From: Tagaea sp.
Lineage (GTDB): Bacteria > Pseudomonadota > Alphaproteobacteria > CACIAM-22H2
Direction: 5' to 3'
Assembly (NCBI GenBank): GCA_041917215.1
Contig: JAYRYC010000011.1
Location: 5,199 to 69,198 of the forward strand
Length of the DNA: 64,000 bases
Position 1 is the stretch's first letter; every line of letters begins with the position of its first letter. The notes under the pieces are model-generated. The model saw nothing but the letters and a program-made list of their open reading frames with translations, ran no database searches and was not told the origin of the DNA. The position numbers and the translations under genes are program-made. This document shows positions 26,107-36,983 of this stretch, in pieces.

Positions 26107-26132
26107 AGGTTGGAGTGTAGCCCGATTCGCCG

Positions 26133-26726
26133 TCAGACGGCGCGGCGCGCGCGCAAGGCCGCGACCAGCGTGCCGTCGTCGAGATAATCGAGCTCGCCGC
26201 CCACCGGCACGCCGTGGGCAAGGCGCGTGATCTCGGCGCCCGACGAACTCAAACGGTCGGCGACGTAATGCGCCGTCGTCTGACCTTCGACCGTGGCGTT
26301 GAGGGCCAGCACGACTTCGCGCACGCGGCCCCCGGCGCAACGCTCGACCAGCGTGGCGAGGTTCAAATCCTGCGGCCCACGGCCATCGAGGGCGGAGAGC
26401 GTGCCGCCGAGCACGTGATAGACGCCCTTGAATCCGGCGGTGCGTTCGATCGCCCAGAGATCGGCCACGTCCTCGACCACGCAGACCAATTGCCGGTCGC
26501 GTTTGTCGTCGGCGCAGACGGAGCAAGGGTTCCGCGTGTCGAGATTGCCGCAGGTCTGGCAGGTCTTGATCGCTTCGGCGGCGGCGCTGAGCGCGTCGAT
26601 CAGCGGCAGCAGCGTCGCCTCTTTCTTTTTAAGAAGCTGCAACGCCGCGCGGCGCGCCGAGCGCGGGCCCAAACCCGGCAGCTTCGACAGCAACCGGACC
26701 AGCGTGTCGATCTCGGGCCCGTTCAT
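26133..26726 (-). CDS. recR: recombination protein RecR
   Basis: 197 aa; LPGLGPRSA helix-hairpin-helix, CxxC...CxxC zinc finger ([16 protein letters not shown]), Toprim region. Confidence 0.95.
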   Translation of the reverse strand: MNGPEIDTLVRLLSKLPGLGPRSARRAALQLLKKKEATLLPLIDALSAAAEAIKTCQTCGNLDTRNPCSVCADDKRDRQLVCVVEDVADLWAIERTAGFKGVYHVLGGTLSALDGRGPQDLNLATLVERCAGGRVREVVLALNATVEGQTTAHYVADRLSSSGAEITRLAHGVPVGGELDYLDDGTLVAALRARRAV

Positions 26727-26733
26727 GCGCGGC

Positions 26734-27057
26734 TCAGAAGGGCAGCTTCATGCCCGGCGGCAGCGACAACCCGCCCGTCACTTCGCGCATCTGATCGGCG
26801 GCGGCGGCGTCGGCCTTGCCCTTGGCGTCGGCCATGGCGGCGACGATCAGATCTTCGAGCACTTCGACGTCGGCGGGGACGAGCAACGCGGGATCGATCT
26901 TCACACGGCGCACATCGCCCTTGGCGGTCGTGGTCACTTCGACCATGCCGCCGCCCGCACGGCCCTGCACTTCCAAGCTGCCGAGCTTTTCCTGCATCTC
27001 GGCCATCTTCGACTGCATCTGCTGGGCCTGCTTCATCAGGGCGCCGAGATTCTTCAT
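26734..27057 (-). CDS. ybaB: YbaB/EbfC family nucleoid-associated protein
   Basis: Start ATG 27057: [25 protein letters not shown]..., 107 aa. ATGA overlap with the dnaX stop (27054-27057). Confidence 0.9.
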   Translation of the reverse strand: MKNLGALMKQAQQMQSKMAEMQEKLGSLEVQGRAGGGMVEVTTTAKGDVRRVKIDPALLVPADVEVLEDLIVAAMADAKGKADAAAADQMREVTGGLSLPPGMKLPF

Positions 27058-28832
27058 GCGAACGGATCCTCGTCGAGTTCGTAGTTGTCCGGGATCATAT
27101 AGGCTTCCTCGCCTTCCGGCGCATCGCCCGGATCGCCGGCTTCGACCGGGGCGGCGACGAAACCGGGCACCGCGTCGTCCGCACCGCGCACGGATTCGAC
27201 GTATGCGCCGGGAAACGCCGCGAGCACGGCGGCGACCAGCGGGTCTTCGGTCGCCGCTTGTTTCTTGGCGTCGCGCGCTTGCGCGGCGCGCGTGGCCAGC
27301 GTGGGCTCGCCTTGCGCTTGGCCGTCGAACGACACGAGCCAAACGCGGCCGGTCCATTCCTGCAATTTCGCGGCGACCTGCGGTGCGAAATTCTTGTCGA
27401 CCGACGGGATCGGCATCAGCACGAGCTTGCCCGGCTCGAACGTCACGATTCGCGCGGAGTTGTAGAGCACGCCGTAAAGCCGGCCTTCGCGCTTATCCTG
27501 AAAAAGCTGCGCAAGTTCCGCGAAGGTCGCGAGTTCGGTCGCGGCCGAAGGTGCCGCGCGCGCCATCGTTACGGGTGCGGGATTGCTGGCGACCAGCGCG
27601 GCCGCCGCCATCGCGCGCGCGCCGCCTCCACCGCCGCCGCCATTCGGGCGGCCGGCGGGCGCGTCGCCCGCTTTGGTCAAGCGATCCACCAGATCGGCGG
27701 GCGACGGCAAATTGGCGGCGTAGCACAGCCGCACGATCAGCATTTCCAGCGCCGCGAAAGGCTGCGGCGCGTTCTGCACTTCGCCGACACCCTTCAGCAG
27801 CACCTGCCACGAACGCGCAAGGACCGGCACTGTCAGCGACTTCGCCATGGCGAGGCCGCGCACGCGCTCGGTTTCCGGCAGGCCCGATTCGTTGGCGAGA
27901 TCGGGTGCCACTTTGAAGCGCGTCAGCGTATGCGAGATTTCGAGCAAATCCTGCACGACGACCAACGGCTCCGCCCCGCGCGCGTAGAGATCGGCGACGC
28001 GGACCAACGCGGCCGACGCGTCGCCCTTCATGATCTCCTCGAAAAGGTCGAAGCCTTGCGCACGATCGGCGAGGCCCAGCAGATTGCGGACCTGTTCTTC
28101 CGTCACCTCGCCGTCGGCCGACGCCAAAGCGCGATCGAGCAGCGACAAGCCATCGCGCGCCGAACCATCCGCCGCGCGCGCAAGCAGCGCCGCCGCCCCT
28201 TGCGCGACCGCACGGTTTTCCTTCGCGGCGACGTTGGTCAAATGCTTGGCCAATGTGGCCTGATCGAAGCGGCGCAAATCGAAACGCTGGCAGCGCGACA
28301 GCACCGTCACCGGCACTTTACGGATTTCGGTCGTCGCGAAAATGAATTTCGCGTGGGCAGGCGGCTCCTCCAGCGTTTTGAGGAGCGCGTTCCACGCCTG
28401 ATTCGACAGCATGTGGACTTCGTCCACGATGTAGATCTTGTAGCGCGCCGAGACGGGGCGATAACGCACCGCCTCGATCAATTCGCGCACGTTCTGCACG
28501 CCGTTGTTCGACGCGGCGTCGATCTCGATCACGTCGAGATGCTTGTCCTCCGCGATCGCCACGCAATGCTCGCACACGCCGCAGGGATCGATCGTCGGGC
28601 CGCCCTTGCCGTCCGGGCCGATGCAGTTCAGCGCGCGTGCCACGATGCGCGCGGTCGTGGTCTTGCCCACGCCGCGCACGCCGGTCAGCACGAAAGCGTG
28701 GTGAATGCGGCCCGTTTCGATCGCGTTGGCGAGGGTACGCACCAGCGCTTCCTGCCCGACCAGGTCGGACAGGCGCGTCGGCCGGTATTTCCGGGCCAGC
28801 ACCTGATATTGGGCGGTCTCGGATTCGGCCAT
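27054..28832 (-). CDS. dnaX: DNA polymerase III subunit gamma/tau
   Basis: YQVLARKYRP, GVRGVGKTTTARI (P-loop), CGVCEHC zinc module, IYIVDEVHML. Start is ATG 28832 (MAESE..) or GTG 28838. Confidence 0.95.
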   Translation of the reverse strand: MAESETAQYQVLARKYRPTRLSDLVGQEALVRTLANAIETGRIHHAFVLTGVRGVGKTTTARIVARALNCIGPDGKGGPTIDPCGVCEHCVAIAEDKHLDVIEIDAASNNGVQNVRELIEAVRYRPVSARYKIYIVDEVHMLSNQAWNALLKTLEEPPAHAKFIFATTEIRKVPVTVLSRCQRFDLRRFDQATLAKHLTNVAAKENRAVAQGAAALLARAADGSARDGLSLLDRALASADGEVTEEQVRNLLGLADRAQGFDLFEEIMKGDASAALVRVADLYARGAEPLVVVQDLLEISHTLTRFKVAPDLANESGLPETERVRGLAMAKSLTVPVLARSWQVLLKGVGEVQNAPQPFAALEMLIVRLCYAANLPSPADLVDRLTKAGDAPAGRPNGGGGGGGARAMAAAALVASNPAPVTMARAAPSAATELATFAELAQLFQDKREGRLYGVLYNSARIVTFEPGKLVLMPIPSVDKNFAPQVAAKLQEWTGRVWLVSFDGQAQGEPTLATRAAQARDAKKQAATEDPLVAAVLAAFPGAYVESVRGADDAVPGFVAAPVEAGDPGDAPEGEEAYMIPDNYELDEDPFA

Positions 28833-28855
28833 CGTCACGCGCGGCTGGAGAAAAA

Positions 28856-28955
28856 GGGTGGGAGGCTGGACGTCGACCCGGGTGGAGACTCGTTACGGCT
28901 GCTTCCTTCCGGACCTGACCGGGTTGGCGAGGCACTCGTCCGCCGCCAACCTCCC
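28856..28955 (-). ncRNA. ffs: signal recognition particle RNA (4.5S, small bacterial type)
   Basis: The minus strand contains GGUCAGGUCCGGAAGGAAGCAGCC (domain IV core, identical to the conserved SRP RNA motif). The 5' GGGAGGUUGG pairs with the 3' CCAGCCUCCC. It is followed by CCC-UUUUU, and its position directly upstream of dnaX is the common arrangement. Ends are approximate (+/-5 nt). Confidence 0.85.
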
Positions 28956-28961
28956 GAGGGT

Positions 28962-28991
28962 TATATAGCGGGTTGGAACGCCGGTTGCCAG
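28962..28991 (-). promoter_or_regulatory. candidate ffs promoter
   Basis: Minus strand: CTGGCA-N18-TATATA, with the -10 element ending ~7 nt before the predicted 5' G of the SRP RNA. Confidence 0.3.
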
Positions 28992-29076
28992 ACTCCCTTG
29001 TTCGCGGCCTAAGGCCTTGATTTCACGACGAAGCACGCGGCTGGCGGCGACTCGAACACCGCGCTAGTGTCGGCCT

Positions 29077-29982
29077 ATGGAACGCCCGAATTTTTACGCC
29101 TCGCTGCCCCTCGACCGGAAATCCGAACTGCGCCGCGACGACGCGTTCGTGATTTCGCGCTTGGAACATCGCGAGGCGCGCTTCGTGCCGGTATGGCGCA
29201 CGCGCAATCTGGTGCGCGAGGGCAGCACCCCCAAGCCCGTGTGGCTGACGCGCACGCATATCGAAAAAATCTCGGTGTCGGCGCCGGTCTATCTCGGCGA
29301 TTGGGACGACGTGCCCTATTTCGCCGCCGATATCAGCCATATCGAGGAAACCGAATTGTCGGTTCACGCGCCGGAAGGCGCCTTCGTCGATCTGCGTGGC
29401 GTGGGCGCGATGATGAACCGCGACGAAGGCGGCTTGCTCGCCTACGCGCGCGGCCTCGCCTGGTGGCATGCGCGCAACCGGTTTTGCGGCGTGTGCGGCG
29501 CGCCCAACGCGGCGCAAGCGGGCGGGCATGTTCTGCGATGCACGAACCCCGATTGCGCGACCGAGCATTTCCCGCGCACCGACCCCGCCGTCATCATGCT
29601 GATCGCGCGCGGCGACAAATGCCTGCTGGGCCGCAACCGGCGCTTTCCGTTGCCGATGTATTCGACACTGGCGGGCTTCGTCGAACCCGGCGAGAGCCTC
29701 GAAGATTGCGTACGCCGCGAGACGTTCGAGGAGGCGGGCATTCGCGTGGGCGCGGTCGAATATCGCTCGTCGCAGCCCTGGCCGTTTCCGTCGTCGATCA
29801 TGCTCGGCTTCTGGGGCGAAGCGCTGAACGAAGACATCGTGCGCGACGACGAGGAATTAATGGACGCGATGTGGGTCACGCGCGATTTCCTGCGCCAAGA
29901 GCACGATCCCGACCAGTTCCGCCTGCCGCGCGTCGATTCGATCGCGCGCCGCCTGATCGAAGAATGGATCGCGGCGGGCTGA
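29077..29982 (+). CDS. nudC: NAD(+) diphosphatase (NADH pyrophosphatase), NUDIX family
   Basis: Zinc ribbon CGVCGAP...CTNPDC..HFPRTDPAVI followed by NUDIX box GFVEPGESLEDCVRRETFEEAGI and SQPWPFPSS. Confidence 0.85.
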   Translation: MERPNFYASLPLDRKSELRRDDAFVISRLEHREARFVPVWRTRNLVREGSTPKPVWLTRTHIEKISVSAPVYLGDWDDVPYFAADISHIEETELSVHAPEGAFVDLRGVGAMMNRDEGGLLAYARGLAWWHARNRFCGVCGAPNAAQAGGHVLRCTNPDCATEHFPRTDPAVIMLIARGDKCLLGRNRRFPLPMYSTLAGFVEPGESLEDCVRRETFEEAGIRVGAVEYRSSQPWPFPSSIMLGFWGEALNEDIVRDDEELMDAMWVTRDFLRQEHDPDQFRLPRVDSIARRLIEEWIAAG

Positions 29983-30006
29983 CGCCCGCCGCGACCGCAT
30001 CTTCGT

Positions 30007-30627
30007 TCATTCCGCCGGCGCCGCCGTCGCGTCCGGTTCCTTCGCCGGTGCTTCGGGCAACACGCCGTCGCCGCGCGTGCCGAGTTCCGCGCGCCACGGG
30101 CGCCATTTCTCCAACGCGTAAAGCCCGCCGATCAACGCGGCCGCGAAGACCAGCGCGACCGGCGCGAAGGGCAGATCGAGCAATCCGTTGAAGGTCAGCT
30201 TGCCCGGTCCGCCGGACAGCAGCACCGGCGTCAGCATCGGCTCCACCAGGATGAACGTCGCCGTGCCCGCGACGGCGCCCAGCATCGTCCAACGCGCGTC
30301 GCGATACCCCGCCCCCAGTTGCGCCAGGATCGTGCCGGGGCATGCGCCGGCCAGCGCGATACCCGCACCCAGCAGCAAACCGCCGACGATATCGGCGCCG
30401 TAGATCGTCGCCTTGGGCGCAAGCTTCACCAGGCCGAAGCCCTGCAACGCCGCGAGCACGACCAACCCGGTCGCGACCGCCGTCAGGAAGATGCGCAGCA
30501 TGATGAAGTTGCGCAGGCGCATCTGGCCCAGGATCACGCCCGGCTCGAACACGCGCGATTTTTCCAACGCGAAGCCGAACACCGCCCCCATGGCGACGCC
30601 CAGCAAAATGGCTTCGAACACACCCAT
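30007..30627 (-). CDS. YeeE/YedE family sulfur-compound transport protein (half-size)
   Basis: 206 aa, multiple TM segments, GACPG motif. SD-like AAGGAAAGGA upstream of ATG 30627. Confidence 0.8.
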   Translation of the reverse strand: MGVFEAILLGVAMGAVFGFALEKSRVFEPGVILGQMRLRNFIMLRIFLTAVATGLVVLAALQGFGLVKLAPKATIYGADIVGGLLLGAGIALAGACPGTILAQLGAGYRDARWTMLGAVAGTATFILVEPMLTPVLLSGGPGKLTFNGLLDLPFAPVALVFAAALIGGLYALEKWRPWRAELGTRGDGVLPEAPAKEPDATAAPAE

Positions 30628-30643
30628 GATCGGTTTCCTTTCC

Positions 30644-31159
30644 TTAAACGCGACGCAGCGCGAAGGCGGTGGCGATGCCGCCGGCGAACATCGCCATCAC
30701 CGCGATCGTCGAGCCGACCGCGAGTTGGGCCATGCCGGAAATCCCGTGACCCGAGGTGCAGCCGTCGGCGATGCGAGCACCCAGCAGCAGCAGGAAGCCG
30801 CCCGCGAAGGCGACGGCGAACCGCGTCCGCGGATCGGCGCTGCCCAAAGCGCGGGCCCAGATCGGGCTGGGCGCGGCGCGGCGCGTGCCCGACAGCCGCG
30901 AGGACACGTATGCGCCGATGAAAATTCCGCCGACCATCGCGACCTGCCACCAATTCTTGGCGCCGTTGAGATGCTTGGCGACGTAATCGTAGGCGGCAAT
31001 CGACGGATCGAGCGCCGATAGCGCCCAGCCCATGACCGTCACATAGGACGACGACGCGCCGAGCGCCGTGCCCAAAAACAGGAAGGCCGGGATTTGCAGC
31101 AGCCCGATTAGAATCCCGGCCGCGTAAGGCGACCAGGCGACTTGGCGGAAGACGGACAT
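30644..31159 (-). CDS. YeeE/YedE family sulfur-compound transport protein (half-size)
   Basis: ADGCTSGHGISG motif and TM-rich. Start preferred at ATG 31159 (GGAGG 5 nt upstream) over the track start 31171. Confidence 0.8.
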   Translation of the reverse strand: MSVFRQVAWSPYAAGILIGLLQIPAFLFLGTALGASSSYVTVMGWALSALDPSIAAYDYVAKHLNGAKNWWQVAMVGGIFIGAYVSSRLSGTRRAAPSPIWARALGSADPRTRFAVAFAGGFLLLLGARIADGCTSGHGISGMAQLAVGSTIAVMAMFAGGIATAFALRRV

Positions 31160-31264
31160 CGGAACCTCCATTCCATCGGATCATTAAATTAGGACTTGCT
31201 AATATAATGCGCTTGACGGCGCCGCTTGTCCTTGCGACGTTCCGACGCAGGAGCCCGAAAACAT

Positions 31265-32503
31265 ATGATTTTGGATCGCAACGGCTACGCGCTGACGACG
31301 AACCGCGAGGCGGCCGAAGCCTATAATTCCGGCCTCGACAAGCTGCTGTCGGCCAATGCGGGCGCCGATGCGGATTTCGGCCGCGCATTGACCGCCGATC
31401 CCGATTACGCGCCGGCCTATGCCGCCCTCGCCCGCCATCATCAGATCTATGGCGATCGCGCGCGCGCCAAAGCCGCCATCGCCGCCGCGCGCGAAAAAGC
31501 GCCCAGTTTTTCGGGCCGCGAGGCGAGCCTTGTCGCGTGTTTGGGCTTCGTGCTCGACGGCAAAGGCGCCGAAGCGCTCGCCGCGATCCAGGCGCATATG
31601 AAGGACTTCCCGCGCGACGCGCTGGCGCTATCGCCGGTTTGCGGCGTGTTCGGCCTTTACGGCTTCTCGGGCCGGGCCGGCCGCGACCAAGAATTACGCG
31701 CCTATCTCGACACGCTGGAAGCGAGCTTCGGCGACGATTGGTGGTTCCTGGTCCAGCACGGTTTCGCGCGGATCGAAACCGGCGACATCGCGCGCGGGGC
31801 CGCGAAGGTCGATCGCGCGCTGGAATTGTTCCCGCGGGAAGCGAATGGCGCCCATATCCGCGCGCACGCGCATTACGAGATGGGCGAGAGCCAGGCGGGC
31901 TACGCCGCCCTTTCCCACTGGCTGAAGCCCTATCCGCGCGATGCGCTGATGTATTGCCATCTCGATTGGCATCGCGCCTTGTGGGCGCTCGATCTCGGCA
32001 AGACCGACGACGCTTGGGCGATCTATCGCGCCAATGTGGCGCCCGGCGCGATTTGGGGCCCGTCGCTGAACGTGGCGACCGACGCGGCGTCGTTCCTGCT
32101 GCGCGCGGAATTCGCGGGGGCCAAACGCGACACGGGCGAATGGAAGCGCGTCGCCGATTACATCCGCGCGGAATTCCCACGCGCCGGTATCGCCTTCGTC
32201 GATGTGCATGCGCTGCTCGCCTGCGCGATGGCAGGCGACGACGAAGCGTTCATCGAACGCAAATCGGGGTTGCGCGGCCCCGCCGTCGATATCGTCGCTG
32301 GCTTGGGCGAAGCGTTCCGAAACTATGCGAAAGCCGATTACGCAAGCGCCGCCACATCCCTCGCCCCGCTGCTCGCCACGCATGAACGCATCGGCGGCAG
32401 CCGCGCACAGCGCGACCTGCTGGAACAGCTATACATCCAGGCGCTGCGCCATGCCGGCCGTGCGACCGACGCCGAGGCTTACGAAAAAACGCGCCGGCGC
32501 TGA
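31265..32503 (+). CDS. tetratricopeptide-repeat protein (TTC38-like)
   Basis: Start ATG 31265 (GGAG upstream): MILDRNGYALTTNREAAEAYNSGLDKLL... An all-helical, ~412-aa repeat protein resembling bacterial TTC38-family proteins. Assignment is from memory only. Confidence 0.6.
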   Translation: MILDRNGYALTTNREAAEAYNSGLDKLLSANAGADADFGRALTADPDYAPAYAALARHHQIYGDRARAKAAIAAAREKAPSFSGREASLVACLGFVLDGKGAEALAAIQAHMKDFPRDALALSPVCGVFGLYGFSGRAGRDQELRAYLDTLEASFGDDWWFLVQHGFARIETGDIARGAAKVDRALELFPREANGAHIRAHAHYEMGESQAGYAALSHWLKPYPRDALMYCHLDWHRALWALDLGKTDDAWAIYRANVAPGAIWGPSLNVATDAASFLLRAEFAGAKRDTGEWKRVADYIRAEFPRAGIAFVDVHALLACAMAGDDEAFIERKSGLRGPAVDIVAGLGEAFRNYAKADYASAATSLAPLLATHERIGGSRAQRDLLEQLYIQALRHAGRATDAEAYEKTRRR

Positions 32504-32510
32504 AAACGAA

Positions 32511-32541
32511 ACGGCCGCCCGTGCCAAGCACGGACGGCCGT
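32511..32541 (-). terminator. rho-independent terminator downstream of the chemoreceptor gene
   Basis: acggccgcccgtgc-caa-gcacggacggccgt is a 14-bp stem with one mismatch. On the minus strand it is followed by UUCGUUUU. Confidence 0.6.
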
Positions 32542-32566
32542 CCCGCCGTGCGCGGCGCCGGGAGGA

Positions 32567-34255
32567 TTAGGCGGCGCGCACGTCCGAAAGGAAGCTATCG
32601 ACCACCGACTTCAAGGTTTCCGCCTGGACGGCGACTTCGCTCGCCCCTTCGGAGACGTTGCCGGCGACCGAGCCGGTGCTGGCGGCGGCTTGCGTGACGC
32701 CGGAGATATTGGAGCTGACTTCCGCCGTGCCGGCCGATGCCTGCTGGATGTTGCGGGCGATTTCGGTCGTCGTCGCGCCTTGCTCCTCGACCGCCGCCGC
32801 GATGGCGCCGGCGATCTCGTTCATCTTGCGGATCGTGCCGGAAATGCCTTCGATCGCCGCGACCGACTGGTTGGACGCGGTCTGGATCGAAACGATCTGC
32901 GCCGCGATTTCGTCGGTCGCTTTGGCCGTTTGATTGGCGAGGCCCTTCACTTCCGACGCCACGACCGCGAAACCCTTGCCCGCATCGCCCGCGCGCGCGG
33001 CTTCGATCGTCGCGTTGAGGGCGAGCAGGTTGGTCTGGCCCGCGATTTCCTGGATCAGGTTCGTGACGTTGCTGATGCGGCCCGCCGCGGCGACCAGATC
33101 CTGGACGATCGCGGTGGTCTTCTCGGCTTCGGCGACCGCGAGCTGGCTGATCGACGAGGATTCGGCGACTTGGCGCGAAATTTCGGCGATCGACGACGCC
33201 ATTTCCTCGGCGGCGGCGGCGACCGTCTGCACGTTGGTCGACGCCTGTTCCGACGCGGCGGCGACGGCCGTCGCTTGGCGCGAGGTTTCCTCCGCGTTGG
33301 CGCTCATCGCCGCGGCGTTGTCGCTGAGCGTGTTGGACGAACCGCCCAAGGTTTCGATCACCTTGCGCACGGTCTCGTCGAAGTCGCGGGTCAAACCCAT
33401 GACCTTCGTGGCGCGCGCTTCGCGCACGGCGCGTTCCTTGGCGGCGTCGGCCTCCAGCGCGTCGGCCTTGATCATATTGTCCTTGAAGACCTGAACGGCG
33501 GCGGCCATCGCGCCGATTTCGTCGGTCTTGCCGATCGCGGGAATGATCGCGGTCATGTCCTTGTCGGCGAGCTTGCGCATCGCGGCGGTCATGTCGACGA
33601 CCGGTGCGGCGACCGTCTTCACCATGAACAGCAAGGCGCCGCCCACGACGACGACAGACACGATCAGCATCGACACGATGATGTAGATCGCGCGTTCGTC
33701 CGTTTCACGCGCGATACGCCCCGATTCCTTGGCGCCCGCCTCGTTGACCGCGATGGCTTCATTGAGCGTCGTCTCGAGCGCCAGGAACGCGGGCAGCGAG
33801 TCGGACCACAATGCGTAGGCTTTCGCGCGGTCGCCGCCGCGCGACGCCGCGATCGCCGCGTCCAGCGACGGCAGATACTCCGCCCACGCCTTCGAGAACT
33901 TCTCATACAAGGCGCGCTCTTCGGCGCTCGAAATCATCTTCTCGTACTTGGCGCGGCTGTCGTCCATGCGCTTGCGGATGGCGGCCATATCCTCCTCCGC
34001 CTTGACGCGGCGGGGCGCTTCATCGGTCATCACATGGCGCGCGGAGTAAACGCGATCGCGCGTGACGCCGAAGCGCAGGAAGCCGAGCTCCTGGATGCTC
34101 GGCAGCCAATTGGTGCTGACATCCTCGCCGGCCGTGAAAACCGTATCGAGCTGGCGCAGCGAGATGAGCGAGCTGGCGACCGACAAAAGCAGCAGCGCGC
34201 CCAGCGCCCACAATACTTTCGTCCGGATCTTGAAGTTCGAGATGGCGGTAAACAT
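32567..34255 (-). CDS. methyl-accepting chemotaxis protein
   Basis: 562 aa; N-terminal TM + four-helix-bundle sensor, second TM, HAMP, and the highly conserved signalling hairpin ([35 protein letters not shown]). Confidence 0.9.
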   Translation of the reverse strand: MFTAISNFKIRTKVLWALGALLLLSVASSLISLRQLDTVFTAGEDVSTNWLPSIQELGFLRFGVTRDRVYSARHVMTDEAPRRVKAEEDMAAIRKRMDDSRAKYEKMISSAEERALYEKFSKAWAEYLPSLDAAIAASRGGDRAKAYALWSDSLPAFLALETTLNEAIAVNEAGAKESGRIARETDERAIYIIVSMLIVSVVVVGGALLFMVKTVAAPVVDMTAAMRKLADKDMTAIIPAIGKTDEIGAMAAAVQVFKDNMIKADALEADAAKERAVREARATKVMGLTRDFDETVRKVIETLGGSSNTLSDNAAAMSANAEETSRQATAVAAASEQASTNVQTVAAAAEEMASSIAEISRQVAESSSISQLAVAEAEKTTAIVQDLVAAAGRISNVTNLIQEIAGQTNLLALNATIEAARAGDAGKGFAVVASEVKGLANQTAKATDEIAAQIVSIQTASNQSVAAIEGISGTIRKMNEIAGAIAAAVEEQGATTTEIARNIQQASAGTAEVSSNISGVTQAAASTGSVAGNVSEGASEVAVQAETLKSVVDSFLSDVRAA

Positions 34256-34361
34256 GCGGATCCCTTTCGAGCAGGGCGATCGGCATGGCGCGCGACCGCC
34301 CTTCGTGACGGGACCGAATCTAGGAAGACAGGCTTAAACGCCTCTGAAGCCGCGCGGGCGC

Positions 34362-34832
34362 TTACCCGCGCCCGCGATAGGACTGAACGCCGGTTTCCGG
34401 GAGCCAGAGACCCTTGGGCGGCAACCCGGTCTGCCAAAACACGTCGATCGGCATACCGCCGCGCGGATACCAATAGCCGCCGATGCGCAAATATTTCGGC
34501 GATAACAATTTTACGAGCGTCTTGCCGATATCGACGGTGCACGCCTCATGGAATGCGCCGTGATTGCGGAAGCTTTGCAGGAACAGTTTGAGCGCCTTCG
34601 ATTCCACCAGGAATTTGCGCGGCACATAGTCGATGACGATATGCGCGAAATCGGGCTGGCCGGTGATCGGGCATAGCGACGTGAATTCGGGCGCGGTGAA
34701 ACGCACGAGATAATCCGTGCCGGCATGCGGGTTGGGTACGCGCTCCAGCTTCGCCAGCGACGGATCGGCGGGGATCGCCGTTTCCTTGCCGAGCTGCGTG
34801 AGGCCCGCATAGATCGATTTCGCTTTAGGCAT
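34362..34832 (-). CDS. queF: NADPH-dependent 7-cyano-7-deazaguanine reductase (type I)
   Basis: 156 aa; [14 protein letters not shown] (catalytic Cys) and [10 protein letters not shown] motifs. The start overlaps the tgt stop by 8 nt. Confidence 0.9.
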   Translation of the reverse strand: MPKAKSIYAGLTQLGKETAIPADPSLAKLERVPNPHAGTDYLVRFTAPEFTSLCPITGQPDFAHIVIDYVPRKFLVESKALKLFLQSFRNHGAFHEACTVDIGKTLVKLLSPKYLRIGGYWYPRGGMPIDVFWQTGLPPKGLWLPETGVQSYRGRG

Positions 34833-35952
34833 CTTCCTTCGTCTCCAAACCGATCCGCGCTTCGAAGCCTTTGCGCCACGCGTCGAAACGGTTTTCGACG
34901 ATGGCGCCGCGGATGTCGCGCATCAGATCCTGATAGTAATGCAGATTGTGCCAGGTGAGCAGCATGGGCCCGAGGATTTCGCCCGCCCGGATCAGATGGT
35001 GGATATAGGCGCGGCTATAGCTGCGGCAAGCCGGGCACGAACATTCGGGATCGATGGGCCGCGTATCTTCGGCGAATTTCGCGTTGCGCAAATTCAGCGT
35101 GCCGTCGCGCGTGAAAGCCTGCGCCGTGCGGCCCGAGCGCGTGGGCAGCACGCAATCGAACATATCGACGCCCAAGCCGACGGCCGCGACGATATCCTGC
35201 GGCTTGCCCACCCCCATCATGTAGCGCGGCTTGTCGGCCGGCATGAAGGGTTCGACCGCCGCCAGCGTTTCCTCGCGGTCTTTCTTGGGCTCGCCCACAG
35301 CAAGCCCGCCGATCGCGTAGCCGTGGAAGCCGATCCCGGCGAGCGCCTTGGCGCTTTCCTCGCGCAGATCGGCATAGGTCGAGCCCTGCACGATGCCGAA
35401 AATCGCGTAGCCCGGTCGCTCGACGAAGGCGTCGCGGCTGCGCTGGGCCCAGCGCATGGAAAGGCGCATCGACTTCGCCGCGTCCGCATGCGTCGCGGGC
35501 CAATCGGTGCATTCGTCGAACGCCATAGTGATGTCGGAATCGAGCTTGTGCTGGATCTGGATCGAGCGTTCGGGGGTCAGCTCGTGCGTCGAACCGTCCA
35601 AATGCGATTGGAACACGACGCCGTGCTCGTCCATCTTCTTGCGCAGGCCTTTCAGCGAGAAGACCTGATAGCCGCCGGAATCGGTCAGGATCGGCTTCGA
35701 CCAGTTCATGAACGGGTGCAAGCCGCCCAAACGGTCGACGCGATCGGCGCCCGGGCGCAGCATCAGATGATAGGTGTTGCACAGCAGGATTTCCGCACCC
35801 GTCGCGGCGACGCTGTCGGGCATCATCGCTTTCACGGTCGCGGCCGTGCCCACCGGCATGAAGGCCGGCGTTTCGATCGTGCCGCGCGACGTGGTCACGC
35901 GCCCGCGCCTTGCGCGGCCGTCCTTGGCCAGAAGCTGGTATCCGAACTTCAC
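34825..35952 (-). CDS. tgt: tRNA-guanine transglycosylase
   Basis: GTG start 35952: [36 protein letters not shown]...TDSGGYQV...[17 protein letters not shown] (zinc site). GTGA overlap with the queA stop. Confidence 0.95.
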   Translation of the reverse strand: MKFGYQLLAKDGRARRGRVTTSRGTIETPAFMPVGTAATVKAMMPDSVAATGAEILLCNTYHLMLRPGADRVDRLGGLHPFMNWSKPILTDSGGYQVFSLKGLRKKMDEHGVVFQSHLDGSTHELTPERSIQIQHKLDSDITMAFDECTDWPATHADAAKSMRLSMRWAQRSRDAFVERPGYAIFGIVQGSTYADLREESAKALAGIGFHGYAIGGLAVGEPKKDREETLAAVEPFMPADKPRYMMGVGKPQDIVAAVGLGVDMFDCVLPTRSGRTAQAFTRDGTLNLRNAKFAEDTRPIDPECSCPACRSYSRAYIHHLIRAGEILGPMLLTWHNLHYYQDLMRDIRGAIVENRFDAWRKGFEARIGLETKEDA

Positions 35953-36983
35953 GAATTCCTCTCGATCAGCGACGCATCGCCGTAGCTGAAGAAGCGATAC
36001 CCCGCCGCGACGGCATGCGCATAGGCCGATTTCATCCGGTCCGTACCGGCGAAGGCGCAAACCAGCATGAACAACGTCGATTTCGGCAAATGGAAATTGG
36101 TGAACAACGCGTCGGCCACCCGGAACGGGAAGCCGGGCAAGCAGAACAGCCGCGTTTCGCCGGCCCAAGCGCGAACCTCGCCCTGCGCCGCCGCGACGGT
36201 TTCAAGGACCCGCAGCGCCGTCGTGCCCAGCGCGATGACGCGCCGCCCCTCGGCTTTCGCGGCCCGGATGCGCGCGGCGGTCGCATCGCTCACCTCGCCC
36301 CATTCGGCGTGCATTTTGTGGTCTTCGACGTTCTCGACCTTCACCGGCAGGAACGTGCCCGCGCCGATATGCAGCGTGACCGAGGCGCGCTCGATCCCGG
36401 CCGCGTCCAGCGACGCGAGCAATTCGGGCGTGAAATGCAAACCGGCGGTCGAGGCGGCGACGGCGCCGTCCTTGGCCGCGAAGACGGTTTGGTAATTGCG
36501 CTCGTCCTCGGCATCCGGCGTGACGCGCTTGATATAAGGCGGCAGCGGCATGGCACCATATTTCTCCAGTGCCGCCATCAGCGCCGGGCCGGAAACCGAG
36601 AAGCGCAGCAGCACATCCTCGTCCTTCGCCTCGACGATCGCGGAAACGCCGGGCGCGTAGTCGATGCGATCGCCAATCTTCAGGCGCTTCGATCCCTTGG
36701 CGAAAGCGCGCCACAGATCGGGGCCTTCCATTTTGTGCAGTGTCGTCTCGACGCGCGCGGCCCCGCGCGATCCGGTCAAGCGCGCCTTCAGCACGCGCGT
36801 GTCGTTGAAGATCAGCAGATCGCCCCGGCGCAGCAGCGCGGGCAAGTCGCGGATCGTATGGTCGGCGAGCGTGGCGCCGACATGCAGCAGGCGCGCGGAA
36901 TCGCGCGGGATCGCGGGGGTTTGCGCGATCCTGTCGGGCGGCAAGTCGAAATCGAAGTCGCTGAGCTTCAAACCAGATCCCAT
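35949..36983 (-). CDS. queA: S-adenosylmethionine:tRNA ribosyltransferase-isomerase
   Basis: Start ATG 36983: [23 protein letters not shown]...LPPYIKR...FRFFSYGDA. Typical QueA. Confidence 0.95.
   Translation of the reverse strand: MGSGLKLSDFDFDLPPDRIAQTPAIPRDSARLLHVGATLADHTIRDLPALLRRGDLLIFNDTRVLKARLTGSRGAARVETTLHKMEGPDLWRAFAKGSKRLKIGDRIDYAPGVSAIVEAKDEDVLLRFSVSGPALMAALEKYGAMPLPPYIKRVTPDAEDERNYQTVFAAKDGAVAASTAGLHFTPELLASLDAAGIERASVTLHIGAGTFLPVKVENVEDHKMHAEWGEVSDATAARIRAAKAEGRRVIALGTTALRVLETVAAAQGEVRAWAGETRLFCLPGFPFRVADALFTNFHLPKSTLFMLVCAFAGTDRMKSAYAHAVAAGYRFFSYGDASLIERNS

Noticed and set aside
27054-28832. Programmed -1 frameshift site (A AAA AAG type) in dnaX to make gamma
   Set aside because: I did not see a slippery heptamer of that type when scanning the gene on the coding strand. 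This cannot be excluded without a systematic search, so no claim is made.
31172-31264. Perfect TATAAT (31203-31208) in the YeeE/TPR divergent region as a defined promoter
   Set aside because: No convincing -35 element lies at 16-18 nt, so I do not list it as a feature. It remains a reasonable candidate -10 for the TPR gene.
30534-32180. 548-aa minus-strand ORF across the YeeE genes and the TPR gene
   Set aside because: About one residue in four is Arg, there are no motifs, and it overlaps three better-supported genes.
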